Shown in pieces: positions 8,023 to 15,217 of a stretch of 39,149 bases of DNA. Origin of the DNA: a virus. The first letter of the stretch is position 1, and every line of letters begins with the position of its first letter. Under the pieces are notes generated by a model. It was given only the letters and a program-made list of their open reading frames with translations. It searched no databases and had not been told where the DNA came from. The DNA lies in IMG/VR virus record IMGVR_UViG_3300047172_000023, positions 1 through 39,149 of that record; one strand, 5' to 3'. The position numbers were made by a program, and so were the translations under genes.

Positions 8023-8027
8023 ACATC

Positions 8028-10001
8028 ATGACGGGGCGTTTGACTACATCACTTGAGCAGTTCAACAAGTTCGTGAGCTCTATAGCTTCGGACAGCGTGG
8101 TAGCAGCAGACGTTGAAACATACAAGACACGCCCCACCCACCCAAACTCACACCTCCTCGGCCTGGCTCTTAGCGGATTCAGCACCGCCGGGGAGGTAGT
8201 GAGTACTTACATTCCTTTCATGCATTACAACAAGTTAGAGCAGCGATTTGTTGCTATCTATACACAGCTAGATTCTGTTGCTAGCTTTATAAAGCAAAGA
8301 CAAATAGTTGGATGGAATGTGCCTTTTGATAAGGCCTGGATTGACCACTATTTTAATATTAATACGAATTGGCTTGCAGATGGACGCATCTTATGGCATC
8401 TTCAGAATAACGACTACACCATTCGCGGATACGGATTAAAACTGGCCCAGAAGAAACTGTTGGGCTGGGAGGACACGAATGAAAAAGCTCTTGAAGAGAA
8501 CGTTAAGATGGCCGGAGGGCGACTTAAAGACGGCGACCACTATTTGGCTGACTTGGACGTCCTATCACATTACGCGGCTCTTGATACGTATAGTACTTTA
8601 AAGGCTTACTTACAACTTAAGCCTTTTATGGATAAACACGACTACTGGTGGTTTGCTAAGGAAATCCTTGATTACTCGATAATGCTTAGTCAAGCTTCTG
8701 AAGAAGGGTTGCTCGTAGACGTACCGGAGCTTATGAGAGCGGCGGCCCTGTATAAGCATAAGCGCGAGTCGGCCGAACAGCTAATAAATAGAGTTTGCAG
8801 TGAAGAGATTGGTGCGATGCAAGAGGCGTGGAAGACGGCCAAGTTGGCCAAGTACAAGACCGTGCGAGGACGGGTTAACTTCCTAGAAAAACAGCGGCTG
8901 CAAAAGAAGTTTAATCCCGCCTCCGGCCACCAACGCGCCCTCTTGTTGCACGATGTACTAGCTCTACCGGTAGGGGAGCGAACCCCAACTGGTTTGCCTA
9001 AAACTGACCGTGCCAACTTGTCAACACTCAAGCATGACGTGGCTGGCTCGATGGTACAATTCTCGGAGTATAAAAAGATATATGAAGCTACGCAAACGTA
9101 CCTCCAGCATGTTGAAGACGATGGTAGGATACATACTAATTACGATGTTTGTGGCACTGTCAGTGGCCGTCTTTCAGGATTTAAACCCTCAGTGCTCAAT
9201 ATGCCGTTTTCTGAACCCGAGGTGATGCGTGCGTTTATCCCCAATGAAGGTTATATTGGTATTCATGCTGACTTGGCTGCTATTGAACCTTGTGTCCTGG
9301 CTCATTACAGTGAAGACCCCACACTTCTAAAAGTCTACAAATACGGGCAGGGCGACATCTACCTGGACCTCGCCCTTGACATCTTCCCAGAGAACCAAGG
9401 TTTACGACAGGAATACAATCCTAATGAGAAAGTCACGAGCCAAATCAAAGAGAAATACAAAGATTTGCGAGCGCTGTGCAAGATTGTTCACCTCGCTGTC
9501 TCTTATACAGGTACCCACGTTACTGTCGCTAAGAACCTTTCTAAAGCTGGATTCCCAACCGATAAAGGGAAAGCTATGCAATTGGTCGGACGCTACTGGA
9601 AGAAGTTTTCTCAAGTCAAAGCATTTAATCATAGAATCCAAGAAGTTTACCGACATCGTGGGTTTATTAGAAATCTCGTTGGAAGGGTCATCCAAGTGCC
9701 TGACATTTTTGAGAAGGATTTAATGAACCGACTTGTGCAATCCTCGGCACATGATATACTGAGGTTGTGGGTACGAGAGATTGTTAGTGAATTTAAAACG
9801 AAAGGTGTTGATTGGCACCATTGGCTTCCGGACCTTCACGATTCTACAACCTTTATGGTGAAGGAGTCACAGAAGGACTTAGCAGCCGAGGTATACACTA
9901 CCACTCTCAATAGGGTTAAGGATATGATTAATCTTTCTGTACCTCTTAATATGGAAATGAAATTCATGAAAACTCTAGCAGGAGTGAAAGTTAATGAATA
10001 A
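8028..10001 (+). CDS. Family A DNA polymerase with 3'-5' exonuclease domain
   Basis: Exo motifs VAADVETY, WNVPFDKAWI and YAALDTY. Pol motif A is IHADLAAIEP, motif B is RALCKIVHLAVSYTG and motif C is LPDLHDST. Confidence 0.9.
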   Translation: MTGRLTTSLEQFNKFVSSIASDSVVAADVETYKTRPTHPNSHLLGLALSGFSTAGEVVSTYIPFMHYNKLEQRFVAIYTQLDSVASFIKQRQIVGWNVPFDKAWIDHYFNINTNWLADGRILWHLQNNDYTIRGYGLKLAQKKLLGWEDTNEKALEENVKMAGGRLKDGDHYLADLDVLSHYAALDTYSTLKAYLQLKPFMDKHDYWWFAKEILDYSIMLSQASEEGLLVDVPELMRAAALYKHKRESAEQLINRVCSEEIGAMQEAWKTAKLAKYKTVRGRVNFLEKQRLQKKFNPASGHQRALLLHDVLALPVGERTPTGLPKTDRANLSTLKHDVAGSMVQFSEYKKIYEATQTYLQHVEDDGRIHTNYDVCGTVSGRLSGFKPSVLNMPFSEPEVMRAFIPNEGYIGIHADLAAIEPCVLAHYSEDPTLLKVYKYGQGDIYLDLALDIFPENQGLRQEYNPNEKVTSQIKEKYKDLRALCKIVHLAVSYTGTHVTVAKNLSKAGFPTDKGKAMQLVGRYWKKFSQVKAFNHRIQEVYRHRGFIRNLVGRVIQVPDIFEKDLMNRLVQSSAHDILRLWVREIVSEFKTKGVDWHHWLPDLHDSTTFMVKESQKDLAAEVYTTTLNRVKDMINLSVPLNMEMKFMKTLAGVKVNE

Positions 10002-10779
10002 TTACGGAGATAAATATGACACAGTCATCTTCAAGTTCAATGTTTATGACCCTACTCATCTTGTTTTCCCTGCTTCCGACGTTCCTAGTGCTGGGTTTAG
10101 CTCTCTATATCGCATTACGGCCGAAACGGCAGAAGCCCTTAATGCATCTGGTATCTCGGGATATAGAGGAGCGGTCTGGTCTCCCGGTTTATGGATTGAC
10201 TGCGACACAGAAGAAGCGGCAATGGAGACCCGGGCAAGACTTACACAGCTTGGACTAGGATTCGAAGTGTGGTCAACTGGTAATCGGGGCATGCATTTCT
10301 ATATAGAACGGCCGCACGCGCCTAGCCATTTGTTACCACAAATCGACAAAGAGTGGGTAAAAAGTAGCATTCCAGGTGCCGACACCAGTATTTACAGCCA
10401 TTTACATCTGTTCAGAAACCCAGGAAGCCGCCACAAGAAGACTGGCAAGCCCAAGTTGTGTCTAGAGCGCATCTCGGGGCAACCGCTCCTATTAAAGGAT
10501 GAACCTGTCGAAAAACAGCAGTTACGTACAAAGATAGAAGTTCCAGAAAAGTCCATCTTTCTTGATAATTACGTAATGAGCCTTACGGCCCCTGTAGATG
10601 AGGGTAAGCGGCACGAGACTCTACTTAACTGTGCGCTAGCAATGAACCGCTTGGGAGAGCCGATTGACTTTATAGGGCGGTGGCTTTATCATGTTAACAT
10701 GCTTTATGCGTCACCTAAACCAGATGGCGAGATTGAACGTATCTTAGATTTTGTGGTGACTAACAGTGAAACAATTTGA
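9994..10779 (+). CDS. Archaeo-eukaryotic-type (AEP) DNA primase / prim-pol
   Basis: Motif I is LWIDCDT (DxD). Motif II is STGNRGMHFYI (sGxGxH). Motif III is LFRNPGSRHKKTG, like RLPGSLHxKTG. The C-terminal helix RHETLLNCALAMNRLG is PriCT-like. Confidence 0.75.
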   Translation: MNNYGDKYDTVIFKFNVYDPTHLVFPASDVPSAGFSSLYRITAETAEALNASGISGYRGAVWSPGLWIDCDTEEAAMETRARLTQLGLGFEVWSTGNRGMHFYIERPHAPSHLLPQIDKEWVKSSIPGADTSIYSHLHLFRNPGSRHKKTGKPKLCLERISGQPLLLKDEPVEKQQLRTKIEVPEKSIFLDNYVMSLTAPVDEGKRHETLLNCALAMNRLGEPIDFIGRWLYHVNMLYASPKPDGEIERILDFVVTNSETI

Positions 10780-11251
10780 CTTTAAAACCCAATTGACTAA
10801 AGGAGAAGCGGGTGAAACTCTATTCCTCAAATACCATCCCGACCTCACAAGACTTGACGGGCGAAAGGGAGATTTCATTGGGTTTACAAAACGAAAGATT
10901 GAGCTTAAAACAGACAGTCGGTCGACACGGGAAACTGCTAACTTTTTCATGGAGTACACTCGCAATGAGTCGACCGGAGCTCCCGGGGGACCTTGGCAGA
11001 GCGCCGCGAGCAAGGTTCATTATTTCGTCTATCTATTCTCCGACGGGTTTATTTACTGGTTTGAAACTACGGCACTCGTTGCACACCTTGAAGCTCACAA
11101 AGAGAAATACAAAACTCGTAGAATCTTCAATAAAGGTTGGACCGCTGTGGGTTGGCTGGTACCTAGGGCTTCCCTGGAGGAAGTCATAATTAAGAAGGAG
11201 AACATGCTTGAAAGGAACTGTAGTAAATGTGGTCATTTGCCCAAGTTGTAG
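10766..11251 (+). CDS. PD-(D/E)XK-family nuclease (resolvase/endonuclease-like)
   Basis: GEAGE ... KGDFIG ... KIELKTD gives an E...D...E-x-K arrangement. GTG start overlapping the primase end by 14 nt. Confidence 0.5.
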   Translation: MKQFDFKTQLTKGEAGETLFLKYHPDLTRLDGRKGDFIGFTKRKIELKTDSRSTRETANFFMEYTRNESTGAPGGPWQSAASKVHYFVYLFSDGFIYWFETTALVAHLEAHKEKYKTRRIFNKGWTAVGWLVPRASLEEVIIKKENMLERNCSKCGHLPKL

Positions 11252-11570
11252 AGATGGTATCTTTAGTGTGGCAAATCATGATTTCCACTATTGTTCATGT
11301 GGCGCTACTTTTGTTGACGGCGGCTTTGATTATTTTCGTTACGGCAGCATTCCTGGTTATAGGGTTCTTCGCAGTATACAGGTCACTGTACCACAAAGTA
11401 AAAAGGAACTATTAAACGATTATGTCAAAGCGTACCCGGGATTTAATAGTACAAGAACGTATGGCACACTTAGTTGGGACGAAGTACGGAGCCTATATCG
11501 TTCGCAACTTAAGAAAGATATTCGCATGGTGGCCGCCAAGGCAGGAAGCAAGAAAGAGAGCCCTTGTTAA
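11208..11570 (+). CDS. Zinc-ribbon protein (120 aa)
   Basis: CPSC-x13-CSC. TTG start 7 nt after AAGGAG. The last 149 nt overlap the HNH ORF in another frame. Confidence 0.5.
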   Translation: MKGTVVNVVICPSCRDGIFSVANHDFHYCSCGATFVDGGFDYFRYGSIPGYRVLRSIQVTVPQSKKELLNDYVKAYPGFNSTRTYGTLSWDEVRSLYRSQLKKDIRMVAAKAGSKKESPC

Positions 11571-11895
11571 AAAAGAAGGCAAAACGGAATTCTACTCGTG
11601 TGAAAACTGTAGTGGCGTCTTTCCTCGTAAGGACACTCATGTTGACCATATTGTGCCTGTGGTTGCTTTTAATGGCATACTCAGCTGGGACACTTATATT
11701 GAGCGTCTTTTCTGCCCTGACACAAATTTGAGAGTTTTATGCAAAGGATGTCATTATGAAAAATCAAGAGAAGAAACCAAAGGTCGCGCTGAAGTACGAC
11801 GCCGGCAAGCCCGACTTATCTCAGGTGACCCTGGAACTGGTCGAAGGCCTTGCACGCGTTCGCATGTTCGGAGAGCAAAAGTACGCAAGGGATAA
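11422..11895 (+). CDS. HNH endonuclease
   Basis: CENC...HVDHIVPV...NLRVLCKGCHYEK is the CxxC/HNH/CxxC core. It is preceded by the typical helix LRKIFAWWPPRQEARKRAL. The true start is uncertain. The R-rich C-tail overlaps the next gene. Confidence 0.75.
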   Translation: MSKRTRDLIVQERMAHLVGTKYGAYIVRNLRKIFAWWPPRQEARKRALVKKEGKTEFYSCENCSGVFPRKDTHVDHIVPVVAFNGILSWDTYIERLFCPDTNLRVLCKGCHYEKSREETKGRAEVRRRQARLISGDPGTGRRPCTRSHVRRAKVRKG

Positions 11896-12085
11896 CTGGA
11901 AGATGGGATTCAAGGTCACCCGCTCTCTCTCAGCAGCCCTTCGCCATATCTTTAAGTTCTTGGCTGGCCAAACGGTTGATGAGGAGAGCGGTCTCTCGCA
12001 TCTGTTCCATGCTGTGGCGTGTCTTGAACATGCAATTTATGATATGAAGCACAACCCTTCTAACGACGATAGGTACAAATCATGA
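11756..12085 (+). CDS. Conserved phage protein resembling the dATP/dGTP diphosphohydrolase N-terminal (DUF5664-like) family
   Basis: KYDAGKPDLS...FGEQKYARDNW...ALRHIFKFLAG...DEESGLSHLFHAVACLEH matches my recollection of that family. AAGGA lies 7 nt before the ATG. Confidence 0.5.
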   Translation: MKNQEKKPKVALKYDAGKPDLSQVTLELVEGLARVRMFGEQKYARDNWKMGFKVTRSLSAALRHIFKFLAGQTVDEESGLSHLFHAVACLEHAIYDMKHNPSNDDRYKS

Positions 12086-12540
12086 CCTTAATCTTCTTAG
12101 ATATCGATGGAACATGCGCTGATTCCTCTAAAAGGTTTCTAAGGGCGGGGCATGAGCCTAAGACTCGTGGCCCGGCCTATACGAAATGGCTGAACAAGGT
12201 ACAGGACCGCCGCTCCTTATTGAAAGACCTACCAGTTAGAGGCATGCCTGAATTGGCTATGATGATGAGAGATAACTTAATATACCTAACAGCCCGAAGT
12301 GAGATTTATAGAGAAGTTACTAAGCAATGGCTGACTGAGAATATGTTTCCTGAGGCGCAGCTGTTGATGCGCCCCAAGCGTAATACGGAGCAGGCTGGGG
12401 AGCTTAAAGAACGTATCATTTTATCTATTGTGGACCCTGAAGATGATGTTATAGTAATAGATGATGACTATAATGAAGAATTGGAAGTAGTTTGTAAACG
12501 TAATCACTGGACCCTACTTAAAGCAAGGAGCGGCTCATGA
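12082..12540 (+). CDS. HAD-superfamily phosphatase (nucleotidase/phosphatase-like)
   Basis: Motif I is FLDIDGT and motif II is YLTARS. Lys is in ELKERI. Motif IV is VIDDD. ATGA coupling. Confidence 0.7.
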   Translation: MTLIFLDIDGTCADSSKRFLRAGHEPKTRGPAYTKWLNKVQDRRSLLKDLPVRGMPELAMMMRDNLIYLTARSEIYREVTKQWLTENMFPEAQLLMRPKRNTEQAGELKERIILSIVDPEDDVIVIDDDYNEELEVVCKRNHWTLLKARSGS

Positions 12541-12746
12541 GCGAACAGAAGACACGACGAACATTCTATAGGGAAGTTACCGCCCCCACCATGCTAGAGG
12601 CCCTTAAGCATACGGATGATTTTAATAAGTCGTTCTTTGATATGTTGGTTGTTGCTGTCTATCCTGCTGAACACCCTCAAGGTTTCATGACAATTCAAGT
12701 ATTTGGATGGGAGAACCGAGAGACAAGGGAGACTTACTCTGTATGA
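12537..12746 (+). CDS. Hypothetical protein (69 aa)
   Basis: ATGA coupling at both ends. No motif recognised. Confidence 0.5.
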   Translation: MSEQKTRRTFYREVTAPTMLEALKHTDDFNKSFFDMLVVAVYPAEHPQGFMTIQVFGWENRETRETYSV

Positions 12747-13069
12747 AACAAGTTATTAAACCCTTAGTTTATTTACGGTATTGGGACCATGCGGCCGATA
12801 ATGCTCAAGATGTTAAACCTATTATTTGTGAAGTATTTGGTATCTTGAAATGCGAAGATGACCTGTGCTACACTGTTGTTAGTTGGATAGCTAACTACAA
12901 CTTAGATGACTACAACTCAGATGGGTACGCCATCATTAAGAGCGCGGTGGTTGAGTTCCGAATTATTAATCTCGAGGAGGACCGAAATGCAAACTCAGAT
13001 GAGAAAAGACGTATCAGAAGCAAGAAAACAGCTGAAGAAGATAACAAAGATGGTATACGGAAAGAATAA
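12743..13069 (+). CDS. Hypothetical protein (108 aa)
   Basis: Track ORF trimmed to the ATG at 12743 (ATGA overlap with the upstream stop). The K/E/R-rich tail overlaps the next ORF. Confidence 0.45.
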   Translation: MKQVIKPLVYLRYWDHAADNAQDVKPIICEVFGILKCEDDLCYTVVSWIANYNLDDYNSDGYAIIKSAVVEFRIINLEEDRNANSDEKRRIRSKKTAEEDNKDGIRKE

Positions 13070-13160
13070 CGAATTTGTATACAACTTGGCCGTCAAGACA
13101 TACTTAAAGGGCTACACAGACGCTCTTAAGAATGTTCAGAAAGAGGCCGACAATGAATAG
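12987..13160 (+). CDS. Hypothetical protein (57 aa)
   Basis: Track ORF trimmed to the ATG at 12987, preceded by GAGGAGG at good spacing. MQTQMRKDVSEARKQLKK... Confidence 0.45.
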   Translation: MQTQMRKDVSEARKQLKKITKMVYGKNNEFVYNLAVKTYLKGYTDALKNVQKEADNE

Positions 13161-13539
13161 CATATTTTTATTACTCTTGGCAGTGCACAACCAAGGTTGC
13201 CCCGCCCCTAAAGTACTCGACTGGACGGACTCACCCTGGACGCAGCAAGATACGACAGCATACTCGGGGGCGGTGGACAGGTGCAAGGCTCACTTCGGTG
13301 ACCAGGCGCCGTGCTTAAAGAAATTCATAAAGAAAGGTATACACACATATTATGCAATCTGTGGTCTCCCAATTAACAAAAGTAGTTCTAATAGCCTTGA
13401 GCGCCATTACTGGTTTACTATTAGTGATACTCAAGATGCGGGGCAACAAAATAGCTTCTCTGGAGGCTCAACTGCTTCAGAGCAAAGATGCAGCCACACT
13501 TGCTCCCGTGGACGCGCAGTTGAAGGAGGTAGAAAGTAA
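13153..13539 (+). CDS. Putative secreted Cys-rich protein
   Basis: The ATG at 13153 overlaps the upstream stop. The N-terminus MNSIFLLLLAVHNQGC is signal-like and the first 75 aa contain five Cys. The distal half overlaps 13352..13603 and looks non-protein-like. Confidence 0.35.
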   Translation: MNSIFLLLLAVHNQGCPAPKVLDWTDSPWTQQDTTAYSGAVDRCKAHFGDQAPCLKKFIKKGIHTYYAICGLPINKSSSNSLERHYWFTISDTQDAGQQNSFSGGSTASEQRCSHTCSRGRAVEGGRK

Positions 13540-13603
13540 TGTTGAAAAAGACCGCACTGCTTTTAGCGATGCTCTCGCTGCAATTAAACGCTCAGACAGT
13601 TAA
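13352..13603 (+). CDS. Membrane protein with N-terminal TM helix and coiled coil (holin or i-spanin-like topology)
   Basis: The TM helix is VVLIALSAITGLLLVIL, followed by a charged helical region. Confidence 0.45.
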   Translation: MQSVVSQLTKVVLIALSAITGLLLVILKMRGNKIASLEAQLLQSKDAATLAPVDAQLKEVESNVEKDRTAFSDALAAIKRSDS

Positions 13604-13838
13604 CTTCGTAACCTGCAACGATGAGCAAAAGGCATTGGGCCTGTGCCAACAACTAGTTAAGGACCTAGACAACGAGAACGCCCTCCTTAAGCAAAAGATT
13701 GGGACTCTTGTTGAGCAACGTGATGAAGCAGAAAAAGCACTTGAGAAAGCTACGCAGCCTGCCTTTATCCCAGCATGGGGCTGGGTTGTAATAGGGGCGG
13801 TCTTGGGTGTTGGAACCTATGCAGCAATCAGGCATTAA
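13539..13838 (+). CDS. Envelope protein with cleavable signal peptide, coiled coil and C-terminal TM anchor
   Basis: Strong AAGGAGG RBS. The signal is MLKKTALLLAMLSLQLNA/QT and the C-terminal TM is AWGWVVIGAVLGVGTYAAI. Confidence 0.6.
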   Translation: MLKKTALLLAMLSLQLNAQTVNFVTCNDEQKALGLCQQLVKDLDNENALLKQKIGTLVEQRDEAEKALEKATQPAFIPAWGWVVIGAVLGVGTYAAIRH

Positions 13839-13840
13839 TC

Positions 13841-13854
13841 AGGTCATATGACCT
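13841..13854. repeat. Perfect 14-bp palindrome AGGTCATATGACCT
   Basis: Read directly. It starts 3 nt after the stop of 13539..13838. Confidence 0.9.
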
Positions 13855-13869
13855 ATAAAGGAGGTGGTT

Positions 13870-14022
13870 GTGAAATCAGCGACAAAAGTCATAATCGTTC
13901 CAAATAAACAATATTTGTGGCATCTGCTTACAAACCCGTTGCCGCTAAAGATTGACCCATTTAAAGCCGCCAATGTTAAGAAGCGACGAGAAATGTTGCG
14001 GCTCGTGCGAGGTGGAAAATGA
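13870..14022 (+). CDS. Hypothetical protein (50 aa, GTG start), below the ORF-track size cutoff
   Basis: AAAGGAGG lies upstream of the GTG. My translation is (M)KSATKVIIVPNKQYLWHLLTNPLPLKIDPFKAANVKKRREMLRLVRGGK. Its stop overlaps the next ATG (ATGA). Confidence 0.4.
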   Translation: MKSATKVIIVPNKQYLWHLLTNPLPLKIDPFKAANVKKRREMLRLVRGGK

Positions 14023-14378
14023 GACAAGTGGACGTGTCTTCTACGGATTTCATTAGAGGGGCGGCCTGGACATCAGATACTCCTGTAGATGTTGTGACTG
14101 TCTATGAAATTATTACTCCCTATGCTAAGTACTTGGGAATAGATAGTACAACCTTTACTAAAGTAAAAGGTAACGTGCAGTACTACTGGACCTCTCCGGA
14201 CGAAACCTATACAGGTAGAGCCTATATTCGTATGTTGTACTTATACGACTACGCAGACAAACATGACATTGAACAACAGTTGCAGCCCGCTCTTGTAACT
14301 ACTCGGCAAGTGTACCTCCCAAGGTTTGGTGAGAAAGAATGGTGTTCTACTAACAAGGTGACGAAAGCTTTCAGTTGA
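14019..14378 (+). CDS. Hypothetical protein (119 aa)
   Basis: ATG ORF with no motif recognised. Confidence 0.5.
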   Translation: MRQVDVSSTDFIRGAAWTSDTPVDVVTVYEIITPYAKYLGIDSTTFTKVKGNVQYYWTSPDETYTGRAYIRMLYLYDYADKHDIEQQLQPALVTTRQVYLPRFGEKEWCSTNKVTKAFS

Positions 14379-14403
14379 CAAGGGCTACAAAAGGGTGTAG
14401 ATT
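14375..14403 (+). promoter_or_regulatory. Sigma70-like promoter TTGACA-N17-TAGATT, 6 nt before ATG 14410
   Basis: Reads TTGACAagggctacaaaagggtgTAGATTgaaagtATG. Confidence 0.55.
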
Positions 14404-14409
14404 GAAAGT

Positions 14410-14877
14410 ATGAAACAGCTTATATTAATAGCTTTACTGCTACCAACCACAGCATTTGCACGCAATCAACAAGAAGTGGTTGAAAAGGTTCGCATTATTA
14501 ACGCAATCCGCTGGGCCGCTCATTATGTGGGCGTGCCGGAAGACCTTATGGTAGCAGTAGCCTGGGTAGAGTCGTCTCATCGCGCTAACCTCCCCGCAAA
14601 GCTCGACGGCTCTACCCCCTCCTACGGGGTGTTCCAGATTAAGCTGGAGACTGCTCAGTGGGTGGACAAGGTCTACAAGCATAAGAAGTTGGCTACAAGA
14701 GGGCGGCTCCTATCCGTGGATGACAACTGTGTGTACGCGGCTAAGTATATGAAGTTGTTACTTAAACGATACGACGGCAGCTGGAAGATGGCCGTGGATG
14801 CCTATAATAAGGGGCACGTCGTCAGCTTAAATAGCCAGTATGTTCAACGGGTTAGCAAGGCATTGGGGGTTAAATGA
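14410..14877 (+). CDS. Lytic transglycosylase (SLT domain) with N-terminal signal peptide
   Basis: The signal is MKQLILIALLLPTTAFA. The catalytic Glu is in AWVESSH. YGVFQI and AYNKG are SLT family motifs. Confidence 0.85.
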   Translation: MKQLILIALLLPTTAFARNQQEVVEKVRIINAIRWAAHYVGVPEDLMVAVAWVESSHRANLPAKLDGSTPSYGVFQIKLETAQWVDKVYKHKKLATRGRLLSVDDNCVYAAKYMKLLLKRYDGSWKMAVDAYNKGHVVSLNSQYVQRVSKALGVK

Positions 14878-15101
14878 ACCTATTACTCTTGAAGATTAGC
14901 AGAACGGTAGAGACGCCACCCCCAGCCCCCCGCTCCTTCATGGAACACAGGGTTGATGAGATAAGGTACCTCTCTAATAGCCTCTATTACGCGTTTAAAG
15001 GGGCCGCCACGCGTTTGGTTGCGGTACCCCGCTACCTACCTACCAGGACATGGGTAGTTATAGCTTTGTTAGGAGGGTTTATAGGTTTATTACTAGTTTA
15101 G
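14874..15101 (+). CDS. Tail-anchored membrane protein (75 aa)
   Basis: ATGA coupling to the SLT gene. The C-terminal TM is WVVIALLGGFIGLLLV. Confidence 0.5.
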   Translation: MNLLLLKISRTVETPPPAPRSFMEHRVDEIRYLSNSLYYAFKGAATRLVAVPRYLPTRTWVVIALLGGFIGLLLV

Positions 15102-15217
15102 CTGCCGGCAGCGTGGAAGGACACGCAGGTGACGACCCCGAGAGCCTGGAAGGGGAAATACACACCTAAGGCGGAGGTTAGTTACCTCGAGCGGGAATCA
15201 AGCCCGGCCCGGCAGCT
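15100..15217 (+). ncRNA. Structured RNA candidate 1: expanded cloverleaf closed by a 9-bp helix
   Basis: The closing helix pairs AGCTGCCGG (15100-15108) with CCGGCAGCT (15209-15217). Internal hairpins are 15111-15126, 15127-15167 (two-tier), 15174-15188 and 15192-15206 (7-nt loop). No ORF. Confidence 0.4.

Noticed and set aside
13839-14027. The 62-aa minus-strand ORF between plus-strand genes.
   Set aside because: It lies opposite the local transcription direction. The plus strand offers an RBS-preceded, translationally coupled GTG ORF over the same interval.
15129-15158. Hammerhead-ribozyme-like core: GUGACGA, then stem CCC(C)/GGG(G), then GAAA.
   Set aside because: The invariant C3 of CUGANGA is a G here. 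I could not find convincing stems I/III or a cleavage-site triplet.
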